DNA of 64,000 bases, from positions 14,006 through 78,005 of the forward strand of contig JBKHVI010000007.1 of assembly GCA_046570105.1 (NCBI GenBank), in the 5' to 3' direction. Shown here one piece after another: positions 1 through 10,010 of this stretch. The stretch is from Bacteriovoracia bacterium. GTDB lineage: Bacteria; Bdellovibrionota; Bacteriovoracia; Bacteriovoracales; Bacteriovoracaceae. How positions within the stretch are numbered: position 1 is the stretch's first letter; each line of letters begins with the position of its first letter. The notes under the pieces were generated by a model. It was not told where the DNA came from, searched no databases, and worked only from the letters and a program-made list of their open reading frames with translations. Made by a program: the position numbers and the translations under genes.

Positions 1-557
1 ATTGAATAATAGGCCCACTTATGAATTTCCATTTTTTCATCAACTTCAATTCTATTAAATGCAAGCATGCGTTCGACTGGCAAATAGCCAACCGGGATAA
101 TGATAGATCTGTTGTATAGATTTTTTTCACTACGTATTAACTCGTAACACAATACAGCCGCTAAAATGGCTTCATGTTTAATGTATTTGTTAACAAGCGC
201 TGTTGATAAAAACACCACTTTGCCGGGAATTGAAAAATGATATGGAATCGAATCTTTAATAATATGAATACGTGGACGTTGTTTGTCTTGAAAGAAAAGT
301 TCATTGTTTTGCAGGATCAGATAGGCCAAATTTTCAATGTACTCTCGAGCTTTTCCAGCAAGAACTAGCTCCTGTCCCTTTTCTGAATTCAGAAATGTCG
401 TTTCAAACGAAGCAAGATGTCTCGAGTAATCTTCCTGGCCGTAGTCAGTCCATCCCCTTACCTGCGTTGGATCTTCTTTTTGAGTAAAGAATGGAATCCT
501 GACCTGAGCACAAGATAATAAGAGAAATAAAAGGAGGGCATGACTTATGAATTTCAT
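1..557 (-). CDS. M48 peptidase-like lipoprotein with degenerate zinc motif (runs off the window start)
   Basis: Manual translation from ATG 557: MKFISHALLLFLLLSC (lipobox) ... RIHIIKDSIPYHFSIPGKVVFLSTALVNKYIKHEAILAAVLCYELIR. This follows the M48 pattern NAFALPGG.I.V..GL...EAELAAVLAHE..H. Not in the ORF track because it has no stop in the window. Confidence 0.65.
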   Translation of the reverse strand, partial: MKFISHALLLFLLLSCAQVRIPFFTQKEDPTQVRGWTDYGQEDYSRHLASFETTFLNSEKGQELVLAGKAREYIENLAYLILQNNELFFQDKQRPRIHIIKDSIPYHFSIPGKVVFLSTALVNKYIKHEAILAAVLCYELIRSEKNLYNRSIIIPVGYLPVERMLAFNRIEVDEKMEIHKWAYYS

Positions 558-563
558 AGGAAA

Positions 564-586
564 AGAGGAGGCACAAAGCCTCCTCT
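564..586 (-). terminator. Intrinsic terminator-like hairpin after the LysM gene
   Basis: Minus strand AGAGGAGGC-TTTGT-GCCTCCTCT followed by TTTCCT. Confidence 0.55.
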
Positions 587-593
587 CAAGATT

Positions 594-1259
594 TTAAAGC
601 TCGTAGCTACCGGCAGGAACCTTACCTTGCTCCAACCAATAAATGGTGAAGCCTGCAAAGATTCTGTTTGGATCTTTAATAAGTGGCTTATTGTTGTCCC
701 AGATGCTCTTCCACTTTTTAGATGTTCCATAAACACTTCCTGAGATTCCGCCTAGAGTGTCACCCGTGCGAATCAAATATGGATTACCTTGTGGGCTCCA
801 CTCGAAAGTCTGAGAAGGCAGAGTGTACTTAATTTTTGCGCCCGCAGGAATGATGCCGTTCTTCACAGCACCTGCGTTTTTGCGCGAAAGATCACGCCAA
901 AGTCCGTAATCGCCATAAAGTTTGAAAGCAATCATCATGAGAGTTTCGTTCTTTTGAACGATGTACTCTCCCTCACCGTCTCCCAAAGTCACAGCACCAA
1001 CAGGTGCCACGCTCGAAACGACAGGTTCAGCATCATCCAACGAAGGCATGTTTCCTGCCTCAGTGGTTTCAGTTGAAATGGCTGAATCATCAAGTGCTAG
1101 CGAGTTGTCGGTGTCCGCTAGCGGATCCGTTTCAGTAAACTCATCAGCGTCTGACAGCTCAATCTGTGGGGTGTCTTGAGAAACACTTTTTGCCGATTTA
1201 GTGCGTGAGCAACTCACCATTAAAAGGGCAGGTAATAGCATCCATGCGATAGTTTTCAT
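594..1259 (-). CDS. Lipoprotein with two LysM peptidoglycan-binding domains
   Basis: Lipobox LLMVSC, acidic linker, YIVQKNETLMMIA and YLIRTGDTLGGIS...NxxLIKDPNRIFAG. GAGGAG SD precedes ATG 1259. Confidence 0.85.
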   Translation of the reverse strand: MKTIAWMLLPALLMVSCSRTKSAKSVSQDTPQIELSDADEFTETDPLADTDNSLALDDSAISTETTEAGNMPSLDDAEPVVSSVAPVGAVTLGDGEGEYIVQKNETLMMIAFKLYGDYGLWRDLSRKNAGAVKNGIIPAGAKIKYTLPSQTFEWSPQGNPYLIRTGDTLGGISGSVYGTSKKWKSIWDNNKPLIKDPNRIFAGFTIYWLEQGKVPAGSYEL

Positions 1260-1343
1260 TATCACTCCTCGATGAGAACGTTCATAACAAGTAACCTTAT
1301 TATAGCGCGGGTTTTAAAAAAGAGAGGAAAACTTTATTTGCCG

Positions 1344-2015
1344 CTAGAAAGTAAAAAACATATCTTTTTGGTCGATTGAATCTCCGATTCGTAGGACCAA
1401 GCGATTGAAGTGTTCTTCATTTTCCAAGAAATCCAACTCATCCGTATCAACGATGAGCGACTTTCCAAGATTGTACTGCCCGTACCATTCATCATAGTAC
1501 TTATTAAGTCGTGTGAGGTAGTCGACTGGAATACTCTGCTCGTAATCACGGCCACGTTGCTTAATTCTCTCGAGCAACTTAGGCACAGATCTGCGCAAGA
1601 AAATCATTAATGTTGGAGGATTCAAATACGGCGTCATTGTATCGTACAAAGTACGGTAGTTCTGATAATCGCGATCATCTAGCGTGCCTTGATCAGCGAG
1701 GGCACGAGCAAAGATATTAGCGTCTTCATAGATCGAGCGATCCTGAACACAAGAGGCTCCCGTCGCTTCAATAAATTTGTGGGTATTAAATCGGTGGGTC
1801 AAAAAATAAACCTGCAAAGGAAATGACCACCGGGACATATCCTCATAAAAACTCGCAAGATAAGGATTGTCCTGTACAGACTCATAGTGAGGCTTCCAAC
1901 CAAGACGCTCAGAGAGCTTCTTGGTAAGCGTGGTCTTTCCGCAGCCGATATTGCCAGCAATCACTACAAAAAGTTGGTTGCTGTTAGCGAGTTGCTGAAA
2001 AACTTGTTCGGCCAT
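1344..2015 (-). CDS. Deoxynucleoside kinase (dNK family)
   Basis: GNIGCGKTT P-loop, DRSIYED, RGRDYE lid motif. Confidence 0.9.
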   Translation of the reverse strand: MAEQVFQQLANSNQLFVVIAGNIGCGKTTLTKKLSERLGWKPHYESVQDNPYLASFYEDMSRWSFPLQVYFLTHRFNTHKFIEATGASCVQDRSIYEDANIFARALADQGTLDDRDYQNYRTLYDTMTPYLNPPTLMIFLRRSVPKLLERIKQRGRDYEQSIPVDYLTRLNKYYDEWYGQYNLGKSLIVDTDELDFLENEEHFNRLVLRIGDSIDQKDMFFTF

Positions 2016-2138
2016 GAAAGGCTCCTTACGAGTGTGAAGAGGGTTAGGTTAACCGTCCCAAGACAGAAAATCTTGACTCGCCTGCTCAGAAAAGAAGCTC
2101 GTATTTACGGCAGTGTTTCATTCATATAAGCTATTTTC

Positions 2139-3110
2139 ATGGGTTGGAAGAATTTCTGCTTTTTTATCGTAACCTTACTTTTTCTCACTGGCGTAAGTCG
2201 GGCCCAGACGCTTGTCGACGAGGCCAAAGCTCCCCTAACTGAAGATGCTTCAGGTGAAGGAGTATTTAGTGAAACAATAAAAATTATTTCCGCGTCCAAG
2301 AAGATATTTGTTTTAACCAATAACAATCAGCAGCTTGGTCAGGGTGACTTCATCTCTTTAGCGCTAGACAACAATTTGGCTGCTAGAGCTATTGTGGCCA
2401 AGGGTCATGAGGGCCAAGTCGGCATCAAAATAATCAAAATCTACTCTCTCACTCAATGGTCTCGCCTAAGAAAAGGTGCTGAAGTCCAAGTCATACGTGG
2501 GGACGATTCAATGTTTGGCAAAAAAGCCGAAGTTAAAGTTGAAACGACAGAAAAAGCTCCCACGATTAAAAGTGAAGAGGATTTATTCAACGATTCAGTG
2601 TTGGATGAAAGTGGTGAGCTTGATGACAATACAAAACGTCATATCAAGCCCGACAATCTCATTTCCGTTGCAATGGGTTTTGTCGATGAAGCTGATCTTG
2701 AAGGTGGCGGTAAGCGTGCCACTCAATTCTCTGGAGCTTGGGCCTATCAATTTTCAGATAATTGGTTCGGTGAATTCGTTTATGCTCAATCTACATTTAG
2801 TGACTTCCCCAATAAGGGTGTCGTGACCCAAGTGAATAACGTGGTTGGACGAATCAAGTTTAACTTCAAGGCCCCACTTTATTCTTTCATTATGCCGTAC
2901 ATCGGATTCCAGCAACAAACTGCTGCGAGAGATTCTAAAATTGAAGGAAATCCCGCAGCCGAACAACGAGAACAAGATCGCATTGATGAATTAAAAAAAA
3001 TCGGACCTGTTTTTGGTGTCACCCTATTGCGACGTCTCGTTCCGGGTTGGTTTGTAAAAGCTGATCTCGGTTCAGAAATTCTCAATGTTGGGGTCGCCAT
3101 TGAGTTTTAA
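2139..3110 (+). CDS. Outer-membrane beta-barrel protein with N-terminal FlgT-C-like small domain
   Basis: Signal peptide, amphipathic beta strands in the C-terminal half, ends LNVGVAIEF (terminal Phe). Confidence 0.6.
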   Translation: MGWKNFCFFIVTLLFLTGVSRAQTLVDEAKAPLTEDASGEGVFSETIKIISASKKIFVLTNNNQQLGQGDFISLALDNNLAARAIVAKGHEGQVGIKIIKIYSLTQWSRLRKGAEVQVIRGDDSMFGKKAEVKVETTEKAPTIKSEEDLFNDSVLDESGELDDNTKRHIKPDNLISVAMGFVDEADLEGGGKRATQFSGAWAYQFSDNWFGEFVYAQSTFSDFPNKGVVTQVNNVVGRIKFNFKAPLYSFIMPYIGFQQQTAARDSKIEGNPAAEQREQDRIDELKKIGPVFGVTLLRRLVPGWFVKADLGSEILNVGVAIEF

Positions 3111-3258
3111 GTTTTTCATTCTTCTTTTTTTTCTTATTTCATGTGGCGTGAAGGGACCTCCAAAAGCACCGAAGGAAGCAAGCATTCCTTCCATAGAAGA
3201 AGACCATCCCGACTTAAAGCTTAAGCCTGGTACGATGTATCCTGTTAAAGCGCCTTAA
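3100..3258 (+). CDS. Small lipoprotein, LptM/YifL-like (52 aa)
   Basis: Manual translation from TTG 3100: MSFKFFILLFFLISCGVKGPPKAPKEASIPSIEEDHPDLKLKPGTMYPVKAP. CGxKGP follows the lipobox. Below the ORF-track size cutoff. Confidence 0.7.
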   Translation: MSFKFFILLFFLISCGVKGPPKAPKEASIPSIEEDHPDLKLKPGTMYPVKAP

Positions 3259-3261
3259 ATT

Positions 3262-3720
3262 ATGGCACTCATTATCGCCACGGGATCAAATCTCGGGGAT
3301 CGCTTAGAGAATCTTGCCAATGCCCGCAAAGCTCTAGAAAAGAATTGGAAACTCATTGCAGCAAGTCGCGTCTACACTTCTGCGGCAGTAGACTACGTTG
3401 GTCAACCAGAGTTCGCTAATCAGGTTCTTCAGTTTGCGCTTCCATGGGAAACACCAACAGATGTCATGCGAAAACTTTTAGAAATTGAGCTTACGCACGG
3501 ACGCGAGAGAAACATTCTGCGTGGGCCTCGAACACTCGATATCGACATCATTTTCTGGGGACTTGAAGTGATACGCACTCCGTCACTCGTCACTCCGCAT
3601 GAGCGCTGGAGAGAAAGAAGTTTTGTTGTTCGCCCATTATCTGAATTACCTTTCTTCCACGCTATCGAAAAATGTTTTACAATCCCAAAGGCATTCGCAA
3701 CCGAAGCACTCCCCCTCTGA
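3262..3720 (+). CDS. folK: 2-amino-4-hydroxy-6-hydroxymethyldihydropteridine diphosphokinase
   Basis: GSNLGDR, GPRTLDIDII, PH...ERSFV motifs. Confidence 0.95.
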   Translation: MALIIATGSNLGDRLENLANARKALEKNWKLIAASRVYTSAAVDYVGQPEFANQVLQFALPWETPTDVMRKLLEIELTHGRERNILRGPRTLDIDIIFWGLEVIRTPSLVTPHERWRERSFVVRPLSELPFFHAIEKCFTIPKAFATEALPL

Positions 3721-3731
3721 AAGGATTCAGT

Positions 3732-4868
<1,137 letters not shown>

Positions 4869-4892
4869 AAATTTTCGTCCAAAGGAGCGACC

Positions 4893-5681
4893 ATGAATAT
4901 TTTTGTATGCGTAAAACAAGTCCCAGATACGGAGACTAAAGTTGTCCCGAATGCTGATGGTTCATTTATCGAAACATCTTCAATCAAATGGATTATGAAT
5001 CCTTATGATGAATTTGCAGTTGAACAGGCCCTTTTAATTAAACAGGCGAATGCTGCTGCCAATGTAACAGTCATCCGAGTCGGCTCAGTTAAAGATACTG
5101 AGGCGCTTCGTACAGCGATGGCGATGGGTGCTGACGACGGCATTTTGGTTGAGGCTGGCGATAACTTAGACTCATTCAGTATCGCCAAAGCACTCAAGGG
5201 GGCGATCGATAAGTCTGGCAAAAAAGCCGATCTCATTCTTGCTGGCAAACAAGCCATTGATGATGATTGCCTACAAGTTCCTCAGATTCTTGCGCAAATG
5301 CTCGACATGCCTTCTGTGGCCGTTGTTGTTGGATTTGAGATGAACGGAACTTCCATTAAAGCAAAACGTGAAATTGAAGGTGGCGCCTTAGAGGTTTATG
5401 AAATCAACGGACCTTGTATGATCGCATGTAACAAGGGTCTCAATACTCCTCGCTACGCTTCTCTTCCAGGCATCATGAAAGCTAAGAAAAAACCAATGGC
5501 ACAACACTCGTTAGCCGATGTGGGCGTGAGCGATGCTGATCGCCGTGTGAAATATTCTGGCTTCCGTCTTCCGCCTGAGAAGCCAGCAGGCAAGAAGTTT
5601 GATGCAACTGATGCGGCTAAACAGAAAGATGTTGTGGCTCAAGTTGTCGGCTTACTTCGTACTGAAGCAAAAATTATCTAA
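4893..5681 (+). CDS. etfB: Electron transfer flavoprotein beta subunit
   Basis: VCVKQVPDT, MNPYDEFAVE, GKQAIDDD, PRYASLPGIMKAKKK. Confidence 0.95.
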   Translation: MNIFVCVKQVPDTETKVVPNADGSFIETSSIKWIMNPYDEFAVEQALLIKQANAAANVTVIRVGSVKDTEALRTAMAMGADDGILVEAGDNLDSFSIAKALKGAIDKSGKKADLILAGKQAIDDDCLQVPQILAQMLDMPSVAVVVGFEMNGTSIKAKREIEGGALEVYEINGPCMIACNKGLNTPRYASLPGIMKAKKKPMAQHSLADVGVSDADRRVKYSGFRLPPEKPAGKKFDATDAAKQKDVVAQVVGLLRTEAKII

Positions 5682-5699
5682 TTAAGAAGGAAGATATAT

Positions 5700-6662
5700 A
5701 TGGCAAACGTACTTGTATTTACTGAAACGAATGATGGCAAAGTAAAGCCAGTCACTCTTGAAATTCTAGGCAAGCTTACAGGTCAAGCCGCTGATGTTGC
5801 CGTCATCGGTGACCTTGCTGCAGACCAAGTGGCACTTCTCGCACAATATGGCGCTGCCAATGTTCATAAACTTAAGGGATCAAATCTCGATAAGTATTCT
5901 CCAGAAGGTTACAGCAATGCTCTTTCAAATTTTATCAAGTCTAAGAGCTATGACTATGTGATGGCAGGAGCAACCTCAACGGGCAAAGATCTTTTCCCGC
6001 GCCTTGCTTCTGTTTTTGGTGCTGGCTGTGCTTCTGATTGCACAAACTTCGTCTTTGAAGGCGGAGCCTTTGCAGGTACTCGCCCACTATTTGCTGGTAA
6101 GTGTTTAGCGAAAGTCGAACTCACTGGACCCAAGCCTCACTTTGTTACGATTCGTCCAAATGCATTGGGTATGCCGCAATCCCCAACAGCAGGTGCCGGT
6201 GCAGCTGCTGACGTAGCAGCGGACGCAGGTCAAATTCGTGCTGCAATTAAAGAGATCATTAAAGCTGCTTCTACAAAAGTCGATTTGACTGAAGCTAACA
6301 TCATCGTTTCTGGCGGCCGCGCCATGAAGAATGCTGAGAACTTTAAAATCTTGAACGATATGGCCGATGTTCTTGGGGCAACTGTTGGCGCAAGTCGTGC
6401 TGCTGTTGACTCAGGCTTTGCTCCACACGCTATGCAGGTTGGTCAAACTGGTAAGACTGTTTCTCCATCACTTTATATAGCATGTGGGATTTCTGGTGCG
6501 ATCCAACACTTAGCAGGTATGCGTACGTCAAAAGTGATTGTTGCCATCAACACAGATCCTGATGCTCCGATTTTCACAAAAGCTGATTATGGTATCGTCG
6601 GTGACTTGTTCCAAGTTGTTCCTGTGTTGACTGAAGAATTCAAAAAGTTACTCGGAAAATAG
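5700..6662 (+). CDS. etfA: Electron transfer flavoprotein alpha subunit
   Basis: VSGGR, VGASRAAVD, QVGQTGKTV, GISGAIQHLAGM. Confidence 0.95.
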   Translation: MANVLVFTETNDGKVKPVTLEILGKLTGQAADVAVIGDLAADQVALLAQYGAANVHKLKGSNLDKYSPEGYSNALSNFIKSKSYDYVMAGATSTGKDLFPRLASVFGAGCASDCTNFVFEGGAFAGTRPLFAGKCLAKVELTGPKPHFVTIRPNALGMPQSPTAGAGAAADVAADAGQIRAAIKEIIKAASTKVDLTEANIIVSGGRAMKNAENFKILNDMADVLGATVGASRAAVDSGFAPHAMQVGQTGKTVSPSLYIACGISGAIQHLAGMRTSKVIVAINTDPDAPIFTKADYGIVGDLFQVVPVLTEEFKKLLGK

Positions 6663-6669
6663 TTTTTTT

Positions 6670-6698
6670 GGTGAGGAGTGAGTATATCGCTCCTCACC
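6670..6698 (+). terminator. Hairpin after etfA
   Basis: GGTGAGGAGTGA-GTATA-TCGCTCCTCACC; weak U tract. Confidence 0.5.
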
Positions 6699-6835
6699 TT
6701 CACACTTGTTAAACCCTCCCAATACCCGACTCATTTGCTTTGAAAAGTCAGAAGATGTGAGTCTCTCGCTTTTTTCCAGATTGAAAAGTTTTAGATAGGC
6801 TTTCCCGAGTCTAAAAAGTTTCCATGGAGGAAAAT

Positions 6836-8095
6836 ATGAAAATGTCTTTCGCGACTATCGCCCTTTTGGCGCTATCAGTTCAGGCTTTTGCCGGAACTTC
6901 GTTCTTCGCACCTCTGAATGTTAAAAGCTTGCACGACCAAGAAGTGGCCCGTGAAGTTAAAGGTGAAGCTCCTCGTTTTGCAGTTCCTCACAATATCCAA
7001 GTTAATGCTTTAGCAGACAAGTCTTGGACTGAAGTGGATGGCCAAATGGTTTGGCAACACCGTGTAACAGCTCCAAACGCTGTTTCATTAAACTTCGGTT
7101 TCACCAAGTTTCACCTTTCTCCAAACGCTCGCTTAGAAGTACGCTCTGCAGATTTCAAGCACATCGTTCGTCCCTTCACTTCTGAAGACAACAATGAGGC
7201 CCGTGAACTCTGGACTCCAGTGGTAATGAGCGATGATGTGGTTATCGAACTTACCGTTCCTGCTAACGAAGCATCTCAAGTAGAAATTGAACTTGGAGTT
7301 GTTGGACAAGGATTCCGTACTTTCACTCAAAAAACGGAGAAAGCTGGCTCTTGTAACGTTGACGTTGCTTGTTCTGAAGGCGACGAATGGCGCAATGAAA
7401 TTAATGCCGTAGCTGTAATTTCAACAGGCGGCTCAACTTTCTGTACTGGCTTCATGGTAAACAACACTGCTGAAGACCGTACTCCATTCTTCATGACGGC
7501 CAACCACTGCCGCATCAGTGCTTCAAATGCGGCTTCACTAGTTACTTACTGGAACTACCAAACTTCTCAGTGTGGTGGCTCTCGTAATGGTCAATTGAAT
7601 CAGTTCAACACAGGGTCACAATTCTTAGCAGCATCTGCTCGCTCAGACTTCGCACTTGTTAAACTTAACAAGCAACCAGAAGCAACATGGGGTGTGACTT
7701 ATGCTGGTTGGGATCGTTCAGGAGTTGATGCAACTTCAGCCGTTGCCATCCACCACCCTGCTACTGACGAAAAGAGCATCTCTTTTGAAAATGATCCGAC
7801 AACAACTACTCTATACTTGAAAGAAGAAATTGTTCCAAATGCAACTCACGTTCGCGTAACAAACTGGGACAAAGGTACTACTGAGCCAGGTTCATCTGGT
7901 TCACCACTCTTCGACCAAGACCATCGCGTAATCGGTCAGCTTCATGGTGGCTACGCTTCTTGTTCTAGCGCAACTTCAGACTGGTATGGCCGCTTCCACG
8001 TAAGCTGGGAAGGCGAAGGTCGCTCAAACAACCGTCTTAAAGACCACCTTGATTCTTCAAGCCGTGGGAACATGTTCGTAGATACAATTCAGTAA
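6836..8095 (+). CDS. Secreted S1 serine protease, lysyl endopeptidase (Achromobacter protease I)-like, with pro-domain
   Basis: Signal peptide, TANHC, SDFALV, IHHP, TEPGSSGSPLF, GQLHGG, SDWYGRF. GGAGG SD before ATG 6836. Confidence 0.88.
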   Translation: MKMSFATIALLALSVQAFAGTSFFAPLNVKSLHDQEVAREVKGEAPRFAVPHNIQVNALADKSWTEVDGQMVWQHRVTAPNAVSLNFGFTKFHLSPNARLEVRSADFKHIVRPFTSEDNNEARELWTPVVMSDDVVIELTVPANEASQVEIELGVVGQGFRTFTQKTEKAGSCNVDVACSEGDEWRNEINAVAVISTGGSTFCTGFMVNNTAEDRTPFFMTANHCRISASNAASLVTYWNYQTSQCGGSRNGQLNQFNTGSQFLAASARSDFALVKLNKQPEATWGVTYAGWDRSGVDATSAVAIHHPATDEKSISFENDPTTTTLYLKEEIVPNATHVRVTNWDKGTTEPGSSGSPLFDQDHRVIGQLHGGYASCSSATSDWYGRFHVSWEGEGRSNNRLKDHLDSSSRGNMFVDTIQ

Positions 8096-8110
8096 GCGCT
8101 TTTTTGGCAC

Positions 8111-8146
8111 AAATAAAAAGGGCCCCTTTCGGGGCCCTTTTTATTT
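8111..8146. terminator. Bidirectional intrinsic terminator
   Basis: AAATAAAAAGGGCCCC-TTTC-GGGGCCCTTTTTATTT between convergent genes. Confidence 0.9.
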
Positions 8147-8160
8147 ATTCAATGTTGAGA

Positions 8161-9027
8161 TTAAAAACTGGTAGCTGATTGTTCAAAAGTAAAACCGTAA
8201 CCACCCTCTGGAACTGGTTGAGTGTTCTGTGCAATATCAACCTGATTGGCTTGAGGCTCATTTCCAAAAGTTCCCACTTCTAACTGAGAACCATCATCAT
8301 TTTGAACTGCTGCATATTCTGGCTCAACGGCGACTTCGGCTTGCACATTTTCGTTATTCTCAGCAACTTCTGCAGAGTTATTTCCGAAATTCTCTTCAAC
8401 AGCAGTTGGTGAAGCAAACTTCAAACGTGTTCCTTCAAATGGACCGTTGGTGAGCGTCACCATGTATGACGACTTATCCATTTGGTACATCATTCCGCTC
8501 AATACTTGGCCATCGATTTCATATTCAAAAACATTACCCGTCATTTCTGAGAAAGTGACTGCAACTGATTCGTTATTTGGAAGACTCACGCTGATTGATT
8601 CAATGATTCCATTATTAGCGCTCAAAGTTCCGCTAAACTCACCGGCCTTAGGATTCTGAGCGTACTTCTTAGCGTTGAACACTTCAGTCAATTCTAAGTT
8701 GAGCTCTTCTTTGATTGCGGCATGAACAGAAGGTGCTTCTTCTTTTGCTGAAGCTGACTCCGTAACAGTTACTTCATCTTTTTTGAGCTCAACCTTAGCA
8801 AGTTTTTTAACTACTGGTGAACGTAGCTTAACCCACTCGCCCGCGTGTGCAAGTTGGCGACCTGAAGTTGTGATCCCATTGATCTCATCGAGACGCTTAA
8901 CAAAGCGAACACTCTGAGAGTCCATGAAAGCATCCGAGTTCACTACAACAGAGTTGTAGGTACCGATGGCGACGAATGCAAACCCCATAAGGGCCAATGT
9001 CGTACGCTTTAACTTGAAGGTCTTCAT
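8161..9027 (-). CDS. Hypothetical membrane-anchored or exported beta-rich protein with acidic tail
   Basis: Basic N-terminus plus hydrophobic segment; GGGGAG SD; ends at a terminator. Confidence 0.75.
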   Translation of the reverse strand: MKTFKLKRTTLALMGFAFVAIGTYNSVVVNSDAFMDSQSVRFVKRLDEINGITTSGRQLAHAGEWVKLRSPVVKKLAKVELKKDEVTVTESASAKEEAPSVHAAIKEELNLELTEVFNAKKYAQNPKAGEFSGTLSANNGIIESISVSLPNNESVAVTFSEMTGNVFEYEIDGQVLSGMMYQMDKSSYMVTLTNGPFEGTRLKFASPTAVEENFGNNSAEVAENNENVQAEVAVEPEYAAVQNDDGSQLEVGTFGNEPQANQVDIAQNTQPVPEGGYGFTFEQSATSF

Positions 9028-9058
9028 ACAGTTCTCCCCGATTGATATACCTTCTTAA

Positions 9059-9074
9059 AGCAAGGTATATGCCA
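9059..9074 (-). promoter_or_regulatory. Sigma54 (RpoN) -24/-12 promoter
   Basis: Minus strand TGGCAT-ATACC-TTGCT matches TGGCAC-N5-TTGCW, about 30 nt upstream of ATG 9027. Confidence 0.75.
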
Positions 9075-9154
9075 AAGAAGGCCCTCGGGGTGACCATGTA
9101 ACTATATGTATTTATTGGGTATTTCTAAGGGGGTGACGAGGCGATAGACAACAG

Positions 9155-9193
9155 AATAGACGAAGTGACTAAACAAAAGACACTTCGTCTATT
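9155..9193. repeat. Perfect 13-bp inverted repeat (enhancer/UAS or terminator)
   Basis: AATAGACGAAGTG-N13-CACTTCGTCTATT. Confidence 0.8.
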
Positions 9194-9202
9194 AAATAAA
9201 AT

Positions 9203-9394
9203 TTATTCAGTCGGTGGGGTAGCGCGCAGATAATCGAGGTGGCTAGAGCGAAAGCGTTTTAGCGCGATGACCACTAATTCGGCAGGTGTTAGGCCCGAGT
9301 TCGTTGACATGATTTCAACAGCTTCCACCACGTCTTTTTCAATTTGAACCTTAAGTTCTTTAAGCTCACCCTGATTATGCTTCTGAGATTTCAT
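9203..9394 (-). CDS. Small hypothetical protein, ribbon-helix-helix-like (63 aa)
   Basis: AGGGG SD before ATG 9394. ELKVQIEKDVVEAVEIMS..SGLTPAELVVIALKRF has a beta-alpha-G-x-T-alpha pattern. Confidence 0.55.
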   Translation of the reverse strand: MKSQKHNQGELKELKVQIEKDVVEAVEIMSTNSGLTPAELVVIALKRFRSSHLDYLRATPPTE

Positions 9395-9443
9395 AAAAAA
9401 GCCCCTTGTTGGAGGGGAATCATGGCCTTTTTTTCTACAAAAG

Positions 9444-10001
9444 TCATCGTCCAGTTCGCGGGGCCACCACACTTAACGCCTCTTGCTGTCGGAGGCTGAC
9501 CAAAGCTTCGGTGATCTCATAATCAAGTAAGCTGCAGTGTTGATAGAGATCCTTAACAGAACTCCATTCAGAGAGAGCGCATAAAACCTGAAACTCAGCT
9601 TCCGACACCTCACTCTGAGCTTCGAGAAACTCCGCCTTAGCAATGAGTTTCACATGATCCGGCGGTCGCTTACCAGACACGGCCTGAAATCGTTTGAGTA
9701 CATCATCTGTTTTGTGCTTTAAAACCGAGTAAGGATAGTGAATCTGGCGATCTTTCTCTTCAATGATTTCTGGCTCAACAATGAATTCTTGAGGTACGAG
9801 TTGCGCACCTTCAATGACGGCATTGTAAAATGCTTTCAGGCCGGTAGCGCCTCGATACTGACAACGATAAACTTGTCCCTCACGCAACACCACCACTCCC
9901 AACATCTGATGTGATGTGCGATCGAGAACATTGATACGGCCGGTAAATCCAACCAATGTTTGTTCATCGAGAGAATGAAAAAGTGGTATCTCAGTAGTCA
10001 T
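9444..10001 (-). CDS. Hypothetical protein, DUF4388/PATAN-like
   Basis: FTGRINV...GVVVLREGQVYRC..RGATGLKAF, plus a C-terminal winged-helix-like segment. Confidence 0.55.
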   Translation of the reverse strand: MTTEIPLFHSLDEQTLVGFTGRINVLDRTSHQMLGVVVLREGQVYRCQYRGATGLKAFYNAVIEGAQLVPQEFIVEPEIIEEKDRQIHYPYSVLKHKTDDVLKRFQAVSGKRPPDHVKLIAKAEFLEAQSEVSEAEFQVLCALSEWSSVKDLYQHCSLLDYEITEALVSLRQQEALSVVAPRTGR

Positions 10002-10010
10002 GCAATAATC

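Noticed and set aside
6700..6830. Possible riboswitch (e.g. c-di-GMP) upstream of the protease
   Set aside because: No recognisable aptamer consensus by eye; an Rfam/Infernal scan would be needed.
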